The notes under the pieces: generated by a model
What the model saw: only the letters and a program-made list of their open reading frames with translations
Database searches by the model: none
What the model was told of the DNA's origin: nothing
Shown here: positions 35,298 through 48,979 of the stretch, one piece after another
How positions within the stretch are numbered: position 1 is the first letter of the stretch
Layout: every line of letters starts with the position of its first letter
Made by a program: the position numbers and the translations under genes
DNA from: Lingula anatina
Taxonomy: Eukaryota; Animalia; Brachiopoda
NCBI GenBank assembly: GCA_051362555.1
Contig: CM120640.1
Coordinates: 65,326,788 to 65,390,787, forward strand
Direction: 5' to 3'
DNA length: 64,000 bases

Positions 35298-36714
35298 TCC
35301 TAACGTCAATCAGATCTCAAATCATCCATTTTACTTCTTAAGATTTTTCTAGAAAAGGTTTGTTAATATGATAACTTCTTCAATTAACAGATAAAATCAG
35401 ATTTACTGTTCCTTTATTTACTGCATTATATCTGAAATACTAGCTAGCCAATCTTAATCTGAGTGTTCTAAAACCCAGAACTAGATAAGGCTCCCTGTCA
35501 ATAACAGTCAGTATCTCAGTCACAGTGATCTACAATTCTGGAGAATGAATTTGAGAGAACTGATGATTTTGATAATAACAGATGAAATGAAAGCAGTTTG
35601 TGTCAAAATAAAACCAGATATGCTGTCCTTCACTACATCTTGTTTAAAACAATCCCTTCGAAATAGTCTTATTACTATATGCATGTATGCTTCATTCCAA
35701 GCTTTAATATGGGGAGAACTATGTAAATTTCCAAATTTCATCTGGACAATGCTTTTGTATAAAGTATCAAAATAAGACCAAAAAGTATACTTCAAACAAT
35801 AATGTCTATATTGGTAAATTTTGACATAAAAGATTTCAATGCTTTATCTACTCATTTTATCTTTTGTACTTAAAATGACACATCTCCTTGAGCAGGTAAG
35901 GGGTTATTAACTTTTGTGTCCATTCAGCTTCTGGATGCCTTTTCACTTAGTTTTGAGTGTTACCAAATGCACACCAAAGTTAATCACCCCTTGCTGCAGG
36001 AAGAAGTGTGTCATTCAGTTAATCTGATTGCATTCAGCGAGAGTCCCCACCGAGTTGGATTGATCTACATAGAACGATAGTTTCATTAGGAACATGCCTT
36101 TAAACAGATGCATTCACATTTTCTGCAACATCATACTGGGGGGTGTTCTCAAATCTAGATTGAAGGTACTGAAAAAAAAAAACAAGAAAAGGAAAAACAT
36201 GAAAACATATCATTAAATCATTTCTCCGATTCTTCAGTTAAATCCTTGACATGATATCTGCAGATCTTTCTGGGAATCAGCTGCCAGCCAAGCTGAACAG
36301 CAAAGATTTTTTAGAACATTTCACAAATAAAATATACTAACTAATAGTATATAATACATACTTCAGGGTAATCAGGAAATATCACTCTTGTCCTTGCATA
36401 TCATCCTGGGTTTAATTGCTATATTTCCACAGCTATTTTATGCTCAGACTAAGTCATAGACTGTGTTGTGGCATTTTCTGCAATTTCAAATCTCATCACA
36501 ACAAGCAGTGCTTACGGTTTCATAGAGTTGCAACTTAAAAAGAAAATGTATATAGTGTTTTACATGTATATAAATATCATGATCCTTAATCTTATGAACA
36601 GGATATCTTTAGATAGTATGGCTACAGTAAACACTGAAACTGATTATGAAGTGTTTTATAAGATTTCAACTTTGACCTTGTTTTATTTTTAAGGTTGTTG
36701 TGTTTTAAAGAATG

Positions 36715-36717
<3 letters not shown>

Positions 36718-36787
<70 letters not shown>
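36718..36787. repeat. (TA)n microsatellite
   Basis: Direct reading. Confidence 0.95.
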
Positions 36788-36789
<2 letters not shown>

Positions 36790-38415
36790 TAACCTCACAA
36801 ATCATCAGATATATGAATATTCAACAAAATTTCAACTTTTACTGCACCATATGGAATTGCCTCTTATACAAAAGCGTGAGTCACGTTTTCAAGCACTGAT
36901 ATGGCACAATATCAGTACAAAAATTGTAGCCTTGCCGTATATTGACAGCACCGCTGCTAATTAACACGACATGCACTCCGGGTTTACATGTTCTTGTCAT
37001 GACACTTAAAATCTTCACTTGCTATGTAGCTAGATAATTCCACATGTTGAAAACAGATACTGTCTTGGTAAGATTAACTGTATATAGTACAAATGAATAT
37101 TAAATGATGAAAGAAAAAAAATGGTTATCACTCAATCTTTTCAATGGGGGAATTGTAAATTTTACAAAAACTGTAATTTTGAAGTAAATTTCTTAAAATT
37201 AGACATTTCTACTGAGTGGTAGTTACACAAAATCAAAAAGCGGGCTATTCTATAGTCCTATATTCTATGCATTAAAAGCACCACAAATACTATATCGCAA
37301 TGTAACCTTTGTGATTATAAAATTATGTACCTAAAAGTTGATAATTTTGCCCATTGAAAAGATCAAGTCATTAATGAACATTATCTTCAGCTTTTTCTGT
37401 CCTTTGGCATATCAGGCCTGCCGCAAATTCTAAAGGAATTTTATGTTCTTGCAAACTCCTGCAAACTTGCTGCAAATTTTTCATCTGGCTAAGGGGCATG
37501 TTATCCAGCTTTCATCTGGGGAACTTCAAACTACTTAAAGCATTACTCACAACTTAATTCTTTCACCTGAAAACCCAAATGGTGAAAATGTTTGTAAACT
37601 AAATGTACTAAACAAAAATTGTAATTTGCTATATCTTTATCAATATGAGTCTCAGCCAAAGTCTCAGTCTTTCTTGAAACAAAATATATCTGACTTGGCC
37701 CAGTCCCAAATGAATGTATATCAAATGCACTGTTAACACCTTAAATAAGTAGATTAAGTAATTTGCAGGTAAGATGCCAATTTGACAAAGGGTGTCATAA
37801 TTTTATAATTAAGCTGGGAGTGCCATACCTCTTGATTAAAGAAAGGAAGTAGATACAACGTAGCAGTGTTTTATGTTTAAATAAAATGCTAAATTGATTG
37901 CCATTAAAACATGCAACTATGCTATATATTTGCTTTTTTTGTCTCTTTAAAAAATGTATGGTGGTTTAAACAAGCCAGCATTTTACCTGTAAATTTGGTC
38001 ACCTATTATGCTGTTATTTGCATTCTCCCCAATTGGAATTGGGCATAGGCAGAATTAGACTTGAATCTACCTTAATTAGGATGGAAATAATTTTAATGCT
38101 CTGAGACATAGGCAATTTAAAATGGCATGGGTGTCTGTATATCAAAAAGGAATGTCTTACATAGGACACATTTTAAATCAATCAAGTAGAGCTTGCACTC
38201 CCCCTCCACGCTTTCCGAATACATGCATCAAAACAATGGCACATTTGACTATCAGTAATATCATTTTTTTTCTTTTTTCAGCTGTTGCTTTGTTTATGAG
38301 TCTTCATGCTCATGTGCAATGTTCTGCTTTGCAAGATACCAGACAGATTAGGATGGCATATGCTTTGCCATTTCTACCCACAGGGAATTTTGTCATTTCA
38401 TGGTGCTAATATATG

Positions 38416-38420
<5 letters not shown>

Positions 38421-38450
<30 letters not shown>
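38421..38450. repeat. (TC)n microsatellite
   Basis: Direct reading. Confidence 0.9.
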
Positions 38451-38453
<3 letters not shown>

Positions 38454-38936
38454 AGATACAGTTTAGGACTCCGTTTTTGGACACAAGTGTTCCCACACAA
38501 ATACATTAGTCTACATTAAACTGGGAAAGAAATAAACTTATATGTCCTTTCTTTCTAGCGTTTGCTGCTCTTGCTGTTCTTCTCTAACTGAAATCAAAGT
38601 GAAACTTGAAACCATTATTTCATTTCTTTTATTTCAATCATCCCCTAGTAATTTTATGTTCATGTATGGTAAAAATCTAAACAGTTCTTTATATAGCACA
38701 CATCAAAGAGAAGGAGGCCCCTGGAATTGTGTCCTTGTAGAGAGGGTAATGGACTGTGTAAATGTTTCTCTGAGAAATTGGTAATGTGGAATTCTGATTA
38801 ACAAAACATATGGAAACGCCTTCATACTTCTGACTGGTGTAGGTTTGTGACAGATCTAACTAGCGTGACTGGACAAACCACACAGACACAATTATGTTCC
38901 CTAGTTTCGACCTTACCTCATAAGGTGAATTCAATT

Positions 38937-39039
38937 TAATGCTTTGTTGTCTATATATAAACATTATCTCGTAAATTAAAAAATACTTAATGCTTTGTTG
39001 TCTATATATAAACATTATCTCGTAAATTAAAAAATACTT
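38937..39039. repeat. Perfect 51-bp tandem duplication
   Basis: taatgctttgttgtctatatataaacattatctcgtaaattaaaaaatact x2. Confidence 0.9.
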
Positions 39040-42000
39040 TTTTGTTTTCCTGGTGGTTTGGCGGGAAGGGCATTATTAATTTGTTAGCACAAGTGCTGAA
39101 AAGGTTTCTAGAAAAATTAATGAAAAAGATCTCTTAAGATACTTGCATTTGAATAAAATGGACAAAACTCTGACAAAAGGGTTTGATAACAATGCTTGAC
39201 ATTACACAAGACTAGAAAATGTGAAAGAATTCATGTAAATTGACATTAACTTTTAAGCATATCAGCGTGAAACTTAATATGTCACTTATATATATAGAAG
39301 TGACACATAAAAAATGGCAAATTTGTGCTGCTGTACAATAGACTGCAATGAAGACAGACTTCAGAAAAAAAAATAAAATAAAATAACCAGAAAATATTTG
39401 TAGATAAATTTTTTATGATTGCCAAACTACACTCATTAGTCTGCCATTATTTCTGACCCCAATATTTTTCTCCAAATCCCATAAAATTTTCTTGGTTTCT
39501 ATTCTTATTTGCAAGACTTTGGGCTTTCTTGGATCATAGATCCCCACTGGGTGAGTAAATCACTTTTTGGAGATTCTCTTACATACAGCTGTCAATTTCC
39601 CAAAACAGAAGGTTTTGGATGGAATCCAAAAAGCCTTTTAAAATATGTTTTTAAAAAAATGAAAAATCTGAAATTGACTCGGATGGGTAATTATATGATT
39701 TAATTTGAGTGCAATATGAGGTCTTTTCCTAAATATCTCTAAAGCAAGATTTTACTACTGAGCCACATTATCTTCTTAACCAAGTCTCCATCCCCCACCA
39801 CATACTCACTACAGACTGTGCAATTCTACAACACCTTAATTCTAAGTACAATATGACACCCTACCTAACAGCACTGAAGGTGTAATGGAAACATAGCCTG
39901 AGTACTCTCTAAGAGACAGAGGAGGCAATCAGCAATGACGTGACCATCTGGTGACAAGGATGGCATGGATCCCTTCAGGTGTGTGATTCCCTCTGGTAGT
40001 GGTGGTGACCCAGTCAGGAGATGGTGACAGCAGAAAGACATACTGTGACCTGGTTGAAAGCCCATAGGATCATGCTTAGACAGTTGTCCCTGGTAGCAGT
40101 TATTTATTACCCGCATATATCATCCATTCCCATCACGTCCCCGTTAGTGTCTCTCACCTGGTCAGGTCATCCAGAAAATATTGCGGGGGAAAAAATTTTT
40201 GATTTGGTCCTGAACCCTGACACTGCATATGCTGTCTAAACTGTCTACATACTTACCATATCTTTATATCAGCATTGTCCCCAGCTGATTGTCCCCACAA
40301 TTTCGTAAGTCCAAGACTTTCCATTATTTGTGTAACCTCATCAGGTGTAGTGAACATTAATGTGACAGCAAGTAAAATATTGAAAGACATCCACAATAAG
40401 AGAATCATTCTCATGCTACAATTAACATGAAAACAATAAGCCAAAGCTTTGAAATAATGTGACTGATACATTTAAACTCTCAATTTGTCCAATCTAGCTT
40501 ACAAACTAAAATTTTAACTTCATTAGGTACTTTCCTTTTTCATCGGTAAAAAAAACAAAATGTATAAAGAAACCCGATGCAGTCTAGTCTAGTCTAGTCC
40601 CTTCTTTAAGTTTAAGTGATGATGTTACAAAATATGACACAGACAAATGACTACAATTTCAGAAGGTGCTCATTGTCCATTTTTAAGAACCTTATTCAAC
40701 AATGCACAAACAATCACAGTGCATAAACATAATAAATGCAGTAAGTACAGGATCAACAATAATATGAGGTGCATGCTGGCATACATGCCCATGCCTTTGT
40801 CTAGTTTCGATTTCCCGCATTATTTTATTTAATGATCACACCACCTGCAGGATATACTGGTCGAAAATGAATGAAAGCAATGCATCTATTTATTTTTTAT
40901 TTTTATCTCTTTGTTTCCAAGAAGGCCACGTTTCTGAGGGTTTAGATTGGTTGTCTGTTTCAGGTTACCAATTCACTTAACCTCTTTTCCCCAAATTAAC
41001 AATTGTAAAAATGATAATTCTACACAGATTATCAGTCATAAATTACAGTATACAATGTACTAAGGGTTTATTTGCAACTTGGATAAATAATACTGATGTT
41101 TGGTGTCCTCCTCGCCAAGACCACTACTAGTCACTAACGTTTCAATTGACCAATCAGTGGCCATCTTACATGTGTGTCCTCGCACATCATAGCTTTTGAC
41201 ATCTTAAGTCTAGTGATTAGTTTCAAATGTTAAAACACCATAATGGTTTAAAACTGATGTTATGCAGTTTAATTGTGACTAGAAGCTGTACATTTTTTAA
41301 TGGCCAAATTAACGACTTAATACTGCCTGAAAGCATTATACAGTGTGAACAATTTGACCTGTTTTCATCTGGGTCTCACACTGTATATAATATTGCTGTT
41401 CTTTTTCTCAAACAAAAATTAAAACATGTACAAAGTGCATACAAAAAGTGTCAAATAAGCAGATGGAGTTCCCAGTTTATAATGCAGTGATTGCAGCAAA
41501 TATTTTTACCGTTGTACCACAAAATCAGGGTTATCGCTAGCAGTAAATACTTGTAAAGCAGATTGCAAACAATCGATAGAATTTCAAGTTAAAATTTAAC
41601 AGTTCTAGTGAAATGTATTATGCGTAGCAGTTGAAGTGGTTATCTTTGCAGGTATAGAAATTGCATGTCAGACATCTCAATAATCAGCTTGGTGCTCTTT
41701 TGAAGTTCTACTCTGTAAAACCACAAATCACCAAACATGCACAAAACAGCTACCTGAATAAGGTCAGTCATTTCTCCCAAGCTATTCATATGCTCAAATA
41801 TACCAGTACTAGTAGTGCACCTCATGTACCACTAGAAGGGGAATCATTCAAGCAGTTTGGGTATATTTCCTGAGATAACTTCAAAATTCTGAAAATTATG
41901 ATAAGCAAAACCCTACTGCATTGTGTATTGACAATAACAATTTCTTAAGACATAAGCACAATGTTATAATAATATTCAGCATAGATATTAACTTACTAGT

Positions 42001-43554
42001 AAAGCATAACTAAACAGCAAAGCTGACAAATGTACAGACACCATACAGGAAACAAGGCAGCACAGCTGTAAAATGTACAGACATTACGCAGAAAAAAGTG
42101 CACAAAATAATGCTTTCAAATAGCATATCCACTCTTATCCTCTTACATTATGTACTACAGGTAACATGGACATTGAAAAACTGGCAAGTGATTCAGTTCC
42201 ATTTGATAGAAAACGCTAATGTATGCAAAATGAAAATTTCACACCTAAAAAAAAAAAATAATAATAATAATAATTACCGTAAATGTAAACTGATAATGTT
42301 CTGCCTTTTTACTAAGCAAAGCAACTGGGTAAATTTAAAGTAAAACAAAAATATGGTTTGGAAGTTATGGGGTGAACATCATGTGTCAGACAGTGACAGC
42401 ACAGACAGACAGAACAATCAGAATGTATACAGACACTTACAGTATCTGTACATAAAAAAACAATCATCTCTGCACTCTTTCTGATACAAATGCTTCTAAA
42501 TAAGGTAGGTAAACATAGTATATATCAAAATAATCTGTTCTACAGATTAATTTTCACATATCTAATATCATGTTATATTATATTAGCCCTCATTAGATCC
42601 TGATTGCAATAAACAGTGTTAACTGCAATCTCAATGGAGTAGGTGGAAAAATCTGGTGAGGTGGCAGCAGCTTTGGGAACACCTGCTACCGCGAGATATG
42701 ACATAAAACATCATTCAGGTACATTTCTACACTGAAAGGTAAAGTTTCCTTGATATTGTAACACATAGATGCTTAGTTAAATCTGACAGCATTATATACA
42801 CGCTATATATTTATTATCTAGAAAATTGAGCCAAAGAGGAAAAGATATTATTCAGATACAAGTATGGTTCTTCTTTAACATTCATCACAAAAACATGCAT
42901 AACATTACATTCATCACAAAAACAAAGCCTAGCATAGAAAAAAATGTTTAAATCTTGCATATGAAATAACAGTTAGTGGCATTCATGGTAAACACAGATT
43001 TCAATCATGTTTATCGCTCTTTCAATACTTTCAGCAATTTCAAGATTTGTGAATGTACTATTTAAATAAATACATTTGACTTGGAATTCAACTAGCTGTT
43101 CTGAATATTCTTATCAGCTTTTTTCAGGTAAGTATTATGTTTAAAATATTGTGACGGGCAATAATAATTCAATTTTGATCAAATAAACTGTGCAATAACC
43201 TTAGCTTTACTTTTGGATAAATAATGCAACTGCAGAATAGGAGATTTTTAATTTTGCTTTTCAAAAAATCGGTTTTATGCAACAGTATTTCACTTCATCT
43301 TCCACTGGGGCCTAATGCATACTTTAAAATTACTTTGATTATTATAGGTTTAACATACAGAGCTCATTGTGACCAATTTCTGTGGAATTCTCCAAGTTTT
43401 GAAAAAAAGACCAAACTAATACTTCCTTATCTAATAGTCAGTACGTGAAAAATTATAACAAAAGATATTTATTGAAAATGCATACCAGAGAACTAAAATA
43501 ATAAACACATTCTCTTTCAGGCCTACAAAATATCTTCCAAAATGATGACTTGTA

Positions 43555-43640
43555 TTTTTTTATTATTTTTATTTATTTATTTATTTATTTATTATTATTA
43601 TTGTTGTTGTTGTTGTTGTTGTTGCTGCTGCTGCTGCTGT
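43555..43640. repeat. Compound microsatellite (TTTA)/(TTA)/(TTG)/(CTG)
   Basis: Direct reading. Confidence 0.9.
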
Positions 43641-45671
43641 AGTTTCCTGTTTAGATTGATTTTCTGCCACATAAATGCCTACATATACAATGTCTGGAAT
43701 CTGTCTTCAAATTGAAGAATTGAGACAGTCTGAACAGAATGTAACTAAATGTTAGACTAAATGGAGATTGAAGGAAAGATTCAGTCTCCACAGAATAAAA
43801 AAATCAATTTCAAAATTTTATCTGCAAATGGTAGCATATAAAGGTGTAAAGGTGTCCCTCACAGCTTAATTTTTTTTTTTTTTTTTGGTAATCCGTATGA
43901 AAAATAATATATGCTATTCAGAAACAAATTTGACTGATATAAACACTGACTGTGTATAGCTTGAATTTTTCTCTTTGCTCACAAGCTGCTTTGTTGCAAG
44001 GTCAAGAGAATCTCCTTCCATCAGTCAGCTCACTTTATATTAATTGTCATCTAATCTAGACAAGGGTCATTTCATCTAGATGGCTGCAGAATCTCTGGCA
44101 AAAGGGATGCCCATTTCCAACCTCTGCATTTCATACAGCTTTCTACTTCACATCAGATCAATAGTGCAAATGAACAGTCCTATTAACTTCTAAAAATGCA
44201 GACATTTGCTTGATGAAATGAAGCTGATGGGAGTTTTATAGCAAAATGGTAGTGGAATCTTGAAGTGTTGGCTTGGCTTTCATTACAGTGACTGCATCTA
44301 AAAAATGGAACTGCAACACAAACATCCCACTATGCAACAAATTTTCTTCTTAAATGAAAAGATTTCTTAGCATATGTAATTTGTTTTTCAGTTTTCTGAG
44401 AGTCAACATCAACCTTTTTATGTCTATATAAAAGTACTGAAACTAATACAGGACAACTCCAACTCACAGAAACTAGTTCTGATGTCATTATATAGAAGAT
44501 AACTAAAACATCATGTTTAGTTTAGTTTACTAAATTACACATTACTTAGTCCATAAATTTCAAATGCCAATGTCATCTTATCTATATAGAACAATCTTAA
44601 TTTTGCGTCAAACTGACATAATGGTGTACTATGTAATATCAGTTTGATCTATGTACCTCAAACACATGATCAACAAAAGAAAAAAATGTTATGGCTATAC
44701 AATAACAAAATGACCTATAAACTGCACATCATTTTTTCCTGTCCCATACTCACCACTTATTATGGAGAAGTAATCAAAGCTATCGCTGCCGTAGTTAATT
44801 AACATAGGTTGACAGCAGCCTGTATTTGGGCATAGAAAACAGACTCCAGGGAAATTCATATTAAATAATGCATTCTGATTATGTGATTTGTCTCAAAAAA
44901 TTAAAAATGCTATCAATCTGAATCCCAATTTGAAGCATTTAAAAAGATCAGAGACATGGCGAAGAATCAGCTGAATTTTGTTGCAGGCAAAAAACTTAGC
45001 ATCAACAGATGATGAGAGGCTTGTATATAATGTTTCTTACTCAGTCAGGTCAAAACTGGTGATCAGCTTGGGGGGAAAACTTGTTTCTGGCCAGGGCTCT
45101 GCTCAAACACCTTTCATAAACCCCAGGAATACCTCCACACAGGAGAAGGATGCACTGCTATTTGACACACCTCTAGGCGCTGCCTAGCAGTGCAGAGATA
45201 TTTGTACCCTGGCTGTATTGAGGCACTCCCTTGTGGAACCAACTAGATCAGGCTTACGCACATTTCTCTAATCACCCCCAAGGCTCAGAAATCTGCGACA
45301 TGGGAACTGTGAGCCTTATTGCTTTTCCAATAAAATGGAGCTTTGAAAAATGACTCTGGCAGAACATTAGTAAAAGCCTAAATACAGCCAAATAAAAGAG
45401 CTCCCTGGAGCAAGGGAACAAAGCACAAACATATTTATCACCACTTGCCCACATGGTAACATGATTGCATTGTTTCAGGCCTTGACATTCACAGTAAGGC
45501 AGCAAAAATTTAACTGGAAAGAATATAATAAAGATTGTTTAGATTAAGTCCAATACATCAAAACCAAAGCAAGCCCATTTATTTTCCCCTGAACAATGTA
45601 GCAAAACTAAACGAATCATTAATTAAACAATTACTTTTTTCCTTCACTTTATTGCTATAGGCAACAAAAAG

Positions 45672-45676
<5 letters not shown>

Positions 45677-45724
<48 letters not shown>

Positions 45725-45811
45725 TTTGATACAGATAATCTGTTACCAAGGCTGTCACAGAGAATGTCATAAGATGACACTTTACAGGACTTTATAATAT
45801 TATACAAGTAC

Positions 45812-45849
<38 letters not shown>
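45677..45849. repeat. (TA)n at 45677-45722 and (GT)n at 45814-45849
   Basis: Direct reading. Confidence 0.9.
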
Positions 45850-45852
<3 letters not shown>

Positions 45853-48000
45853 CTAATTTTTTTTTTTTTTTTTTGTAGTCATCTAGCTGTCAATATTACA
45901 TCTACATAAAAGAAAAACAAATTTGCTATATTCAGAACAGGAAAAATAATATATATTCTTTCCCAGCTGACTGGGGACATTTAGTCCAGGGTCCAAATCT
46001 GGCTAAAATCTGTTCAAGCTGCTAAATGAGAAATTCAGCCAGTTTTGTAGGATTAATTGGACATTTTTCTTGTCACATAAAAAGCTAGTTTAAATACTAA
46101 TACTTCACTCCCTTGATTTTGATTTTGAAATTCTGCCAAATCACCATATGCATGCACCCTCTTTGTTAATCATCACTTTATGATATGACAAAATCAAACT
46201 TGATTTTCAAGTGAAAAATGACACCTAAATACTAGATATATCAAATAATAATATACCATGATAGGTGATATATAATCACAATTCAGCATTTTTCAAATGC
46301 CTTAAATTTGTTTATTGAAAATGTTTAATTTCCTGTTGCATGTGTACATGAATGGACCTAATTAGATATCAGAGTTTGTAATAAATAATGTTTTTCAGGA
46401 TGTTTCTGCATCTTTATTAGCTAAAAAAAACAATACCATAATTATATGTTAATAAGAAAGGCAGCTGAACAGTCAACATACTACTTCCAGGAATGGAAAT
46501 GGCCGTGTTTACTTCACTACCACTTCTCTTCACTTTATCTTAAGTATTCAGGTGAATACAGCAAACAACAATCTATTCATAATTGTAAGCAAATGTTGGT
46601 TTCATGAAAGCATCATCTAGTCTCCAGAATGGATGAAAATGATACAAAATAAGAGCAAACATTTTAATTTTGCAGCATATAAACCTGTGTTTTAGTATAA
46701 ACCACAACTTCTTGGCAATGTAATTAAAGGGATACACCGGATAAACACATCCAAGTTCATTACACACACAAGTACTTTCTACTCTTGTGAATCAATAAAA
46801 AAAATTACATGGTTGTACATCTTTCAATTTCTTAAACTCCTCCTTCCACGTATGCTGCCATTTTAAGCCCAAATGAATCCCAGAATGCAGTGTACCTCTG
46901 CAGTATGTGACGTTGATATAACCACACCATCATGCCAAAGCGTCAAGTATAGGCCTACTAGTAGACTCACCCTTTAAGACATCAACAAAAAAGGGCTTAT
47001 TTTCAAAACTGAACGGGCATTGTAGAAAAACTATATGCTTTCTACTGGTATATAGATCTTTTTTTTTAATGATAATACATGGATGAAGATCTGTACACCT
47101 GGATGATTGGGGCTTACATTGTTATAATAATTTCTGCTGTAACTCTTAAACTCAAACTGGAGCATATCATCAATCACTAATTACTATGAGTTGGTGTTTC
47201 CTTTCAAGCCATGGTAAAAAAACTCCAAAAGAATCAACATTTTCTGGTTGCTTATTAGCATTGGAGACAGTGTTAGATAACATGCTTTCTTTCAGCACAT
47301 AGATGTCCATTTTCTGACCTCTCATATTACTCATACCTTACCTGGTGCGTAATCAACTTGAACACTGCAAAATTTAATTTTTAGATATTAGTATTTTAAA
47401 ACTTGATCAGTGCTAAGTACGACAGATATTAATTTCTTTTAGGCAATGTTCAGTCACTCACAGATATTAGTACTGTGAACAAAAGCTTTCATTGTGATAA
47501 CCTGCAGTCTTCATTTCTACTTACTTGTCTTTTATCTTTGGAACAGCATGTTTTAATTGCAGGTTGTAAAAAGAATTTTTATTTTCTTGCATCACGTATT
47601 TTAATATATATAAATACAACTGGACAGTAAAATTATTGAGCCCCATAAGAAGGGGTCATTCAGAATAGAAAATTCGAGTATCAACTGATCCAAGGATCAA
47701 ATATGGCAGACCCTACATGAAAGGAAGACTGCTTAATCCTGTAATGGTCTCTCTGCCTCTCACACGCCTCTCCACGCGTTGTCCCTGCAATTAAATCTCG
47801 GCTCCATTCTACCGGATGCGTGGGGAAAATCATAAAATCTGCCAATCTCAAAATCTGTGGGTGACTGGGAAAGTGATGTCATCTATTGTTACATCACTTC
47901 TATCCCGCTGACAACTGCTTTTAAGCCTGCCCGTGTGTTATTTTAATATATATCTGCGTATCCACGATACTGGCTAACAACAATTGGTTATCATCTTTTA

Positions 48001-48549
48001 CCCCATTCACACTACAGTTGCAAAAATACACATTTCCATAATTCGTTTCTATTTTCGTGAGGAATCCGATTCGGTATTGCGTTCACACTCGCGAAGCGAA
48101 ACCAAATCCCACGTTGAAAATTTCAGGTTTAACTTCCAGTTTTGAACACTCGCGCATGCGCCGCACAGGAAAACTCAAAATACCAACAAAAAAGTGTGAC
48201 AGCAAATGTATCTCAAAAAGACATTCCAGCATTCTTGGGAAGCATAAGATGGCAAAATAAGTTTGTTGCCTCATGTTGTAGTGAGTGGTGACCTCCAAAT
48301 ACATTTGGTGCAATCGCTAAAGTAATAAACAAGTTCATAGATACCCGCACTCATCTGCACACATGCGCAGTAAGATCTGTACAGGTGTCGATTCTGGTAA
48401 GTTATTCGGATCGCGCTTAGAAATCCACCTCGCTTGCAGGATTGAAAATTCGCATTACAGAAATCCTCTTGCGTTCACACTACTGCATTTATTTGAATTG
48501 TGACCTAATTCGCAACTTATCCGGATAACTGAGCGTCGTGTGAATGGGG
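48001..48549. mobile_element. Non-autonomous DNA transposon with TTCACAC-type TIRs
   Basis: TA|CCCCATTCACAC...GTGTGAATGGGG|TA; internal gcgttcacac repeats; CpG-rich. Confidence 0.82.
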
Positions 48550-48979
48550 TATTTGAAAGTCTGTCCAAATATTCATATGTGTTGGATTACAATTGGGGTA
48601 CTTTCATGTAAAAAGGGATGGATTTTTCTTATTATAACAAACAATTTTGTGCTTCCAAACATTGCTGTGTATTTTAAACTTTTAAATTCTTACCTGAAAA
48701 TGACACTAAAACAACACTTAAACCTGGGACACAGACATACCAGTCTGTTTTGCAGCTGTATATTGTGAAAAAGAAAGCTCTCAGAATAGTATTGTCATGT
48801 TTTTTGGTCATCTCAGGGATCGGCAAACACACTAGAGAAAAACAAAAACTGCTCTTTGTCGCAAATTTTGCTGAGTGAAAATAGAAAAAAACGAGTTGTT
48901 GTGCATTACTATCGTTTTTGTTTTCAACTTCAGTACAAACTGTTATCTCCTATACACATGAACTATACAAATCATTTAA

